64,000 nt of DNA, taken from assembly GCA_964035545.1 (NCBI GenBank), contig OZ037767.1:27854628-27918627 (forward strand), read 5' to 3'. The position numbers were made by a program, and so were the translations under genes. The stretch is from Bugula neritina. Lineage: Eukaryota; Animalia; Bryozoa. Shown here piece by piece: positions 62,501 to 64,000 of this stretch (positions are counted from its first letter, which is position 1; the number at the start of each line of letters is the position of its first letter). The notes beneath the pieces are model-generated. The model did not search any database and was not told the DNA's origin. It was given only the letters and a program-made list of their open reading frames with translations.

Positions 62501-63718
62501 CTCTCTTGTTAGCTGATGTACGAATAGCACCTGTTAAAGTAGTTACCAGTTCCTACTTCTGGCTAAACACTTTAGTAGGTCTAATGAGAAAACTATGACT
62601 TTGTTCTAAACAGTTCGAAATATAACATAGTAGTGTATTACAATCTACTTGAGCCTTTGGAACATATGCTTTAGCTATTACAAAATTTTAAAGATACCAC
62701 CAAATAAACTAACCTGCTGCCATTAGGCCACTGCTAGATGATGCCCCGTCTATTTCTGAGAAATGGGGGCGGTCTTGTCGAGTCTCAGGGGTGTAACGAC
62801 GGAGACGGTTTTGTCTAGACGAGCTACCCCCCTCAGAAAGCTTTGGAATACTTCTTGGCACATATTGCTGGGAACATAAGAAACAAATTAGAACAAGATA
62901 AAGTGTGATGAATAAACACAAGATAATGTACAATCATGCATGCAGGGAATACATCACGAAAACAGCAATTATAACAAATATTCAATAATTTATATAATTT
63001 ACAAAAAACTATCAACAAATATATATAAAAAGATTGAGTAAACTCTTACTTTATGAGGTGAAAGGCTCTTGGAGCTAGTTAGTGCGTATGTAGAGGAGGA
63101 AGAGGGTGTAGGGGCTGTAACACACAGTATATATCTATTACTATAATTATTATATTATTATACTGTACTACTGTATTAGAAAAATGTACTATATTACTAT
63201 ATTATATTATTATACTATACTACTGTTATAGAATACTGTACTATATTACTATATTATATTATTATACTATAACCAACACCTGTCAAAAGGAAAAAATAAA
63301 CTAAGTAAGCAACTCATTCAGAACCAAGAGCTGTAATTATAAATCAACAAATAAATAAACCAACACAATATATATGTGGGCACAACGCCACACAATATGA
63401 ACATTAAATTTCCCAGTAAAAAGTTATTTTTTAAGAAAAATCTTAAAGTTTAAAATCGAGTGACTGTAGCAGAAATGCTTCATGATTTTTTTTCAAGCAC
63501 ACAGCAGAAAGGCAGAATTTTACTCGAAATTGAAAATACAACAAACAACCTATATTATGAGGCAGCACCACATGACAATGAGGCAGCACCACATGACAAT
63601 GTGTTTGTTCACCTGAGACTTGTTTTACTTCTCTTAGTATCTCTGAAAGGTGTGAATTTACATCAATTATATTCTCTAATGTATTACATTCCAAATCAAA
63701 TTGTAAAGAAAAATGCAT
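59508..63718 (-). CDS. Bcl-2 family protein of Bcl-G/BCL2L14 type (BH3 + BH2, no canonical BH1 NWGR, no TM anchor); 5' end uncertain and may extend beyond the window
   Basis: Exons (63718 or 63675)-63613, 63114-63050, 62867-62714, 62530-62327, 62101-62031, 61790-61532, 61333-61182, 60780-60662, 60195-60072, 59552-59508. BH3 is [12 protein letters not shown], followed by NYEVFEKI and VFSITSRL; BH2 is [17 protein letters not shown]; the C-terminus is [14 protein letters not shown]. Confidence 0.82.
60958..61117. repeat. Degenerate (TG/TA/CA)n alternating microsatellite
   Basis: gtgtgtacatgtgtgtgcacatgtgtatgtgtg...; intronic; explains the His/Thr-rich ORF tails. Confidence 0.92.
61450..61531 (-). 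repeat. 27-bp tandem repeat (3 copies) starting at a 5' splice site
   Basis: GTAAGTGTTATAATGCATGTACTTACA / GTAAGTGTTATTATATATGTGCTTACA / GTAGGTGCTGTAAAATGTGTGCTTACA on -. Confidence 0.85.
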
Positions 63719-64000
63719 AAACAATTTACAGAGAAAATTCAATTCTCATAAGCAAATTAAACAAAAAACTGATGACACTTTTTGATATCCTTAAGAGGCT
63801 GAAGATTGGCTCCATCTATGTGAAACAGAACTCTGAGGTAAGAAAGTCATTGTAACATCCATAAATAATAAATAACCCGGATATTTTGCAGACAGCTTTG
63901 TTCTCTTGTGACATTCCATTTTTAGAGGTAAAATAAATTGCAGCGGAGTTTTAATTATCTGAATGTTAAAATTTTTTGTTGTAAACACAACTAATGAGTT

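Noticed and set aside
63274-63279. 6-nt micro-exon GTGTTG after a strong acceptor in the Bcl-G-like gene
   Set aside because: Frame-neutral, but the donor (GTTATA) is poor; cannot be supported without transcripts.
1-64000. Assignment to a specific taxon
   Set aside because: Gene content and intron style indicate an invertebrate animal, but the species cannot be established without a database search.

Overview
This is AT-rich, intron-dense genomic DNA from an invertebrate animal, not a prokaryote. The ORF track therefore mostly shows single exons, antisense shadows and repeat artefacts. Manual GT-AG exon assembly with phase checking gives nine gene models: a truncated unknown Ser/Pro/Lys-rich gene (-), DNLZ/Tim15 (+), CHORDC1 (-), PNISR (-), headcase/HECA (+), an NRF-6-like O-acyltransferase (-, 22 exons, one probable GC-AG intron), COPB2 (-, 21 exons, ~940 aa), SPCS1 (+, head-to-head with COPB2), and a Bcl-G/BCL2L14-like BH3+BH2 protein (-). 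A further three-exon disordered ORF (-) is either a separate gene or an alternative BH3-only C-terminus of the Bcl-G-like gene. Three signals stand out. (1) Strand-symmetric, 3/6-nt-periodic 'ANT' tracts (A[CG]T-A[AT]N) run up to ~1 kb downstream of the inferred 5' end of the six conserved, presumably broadly expressed genes, and are not seen at the 5' end of the NRF-6-like gene; they are a candidate promoter/first-intron code. (2) Tandem repeats are repeatedly anchored on splice sites, including 20 x 37-bp copies of a branch-point-like motif plus CAG|GT junction that fill a COPB2 intron. (3) The Bcl-G-like gene ends in LEVD. All gene identities come from recalled family motifs, not database searches.
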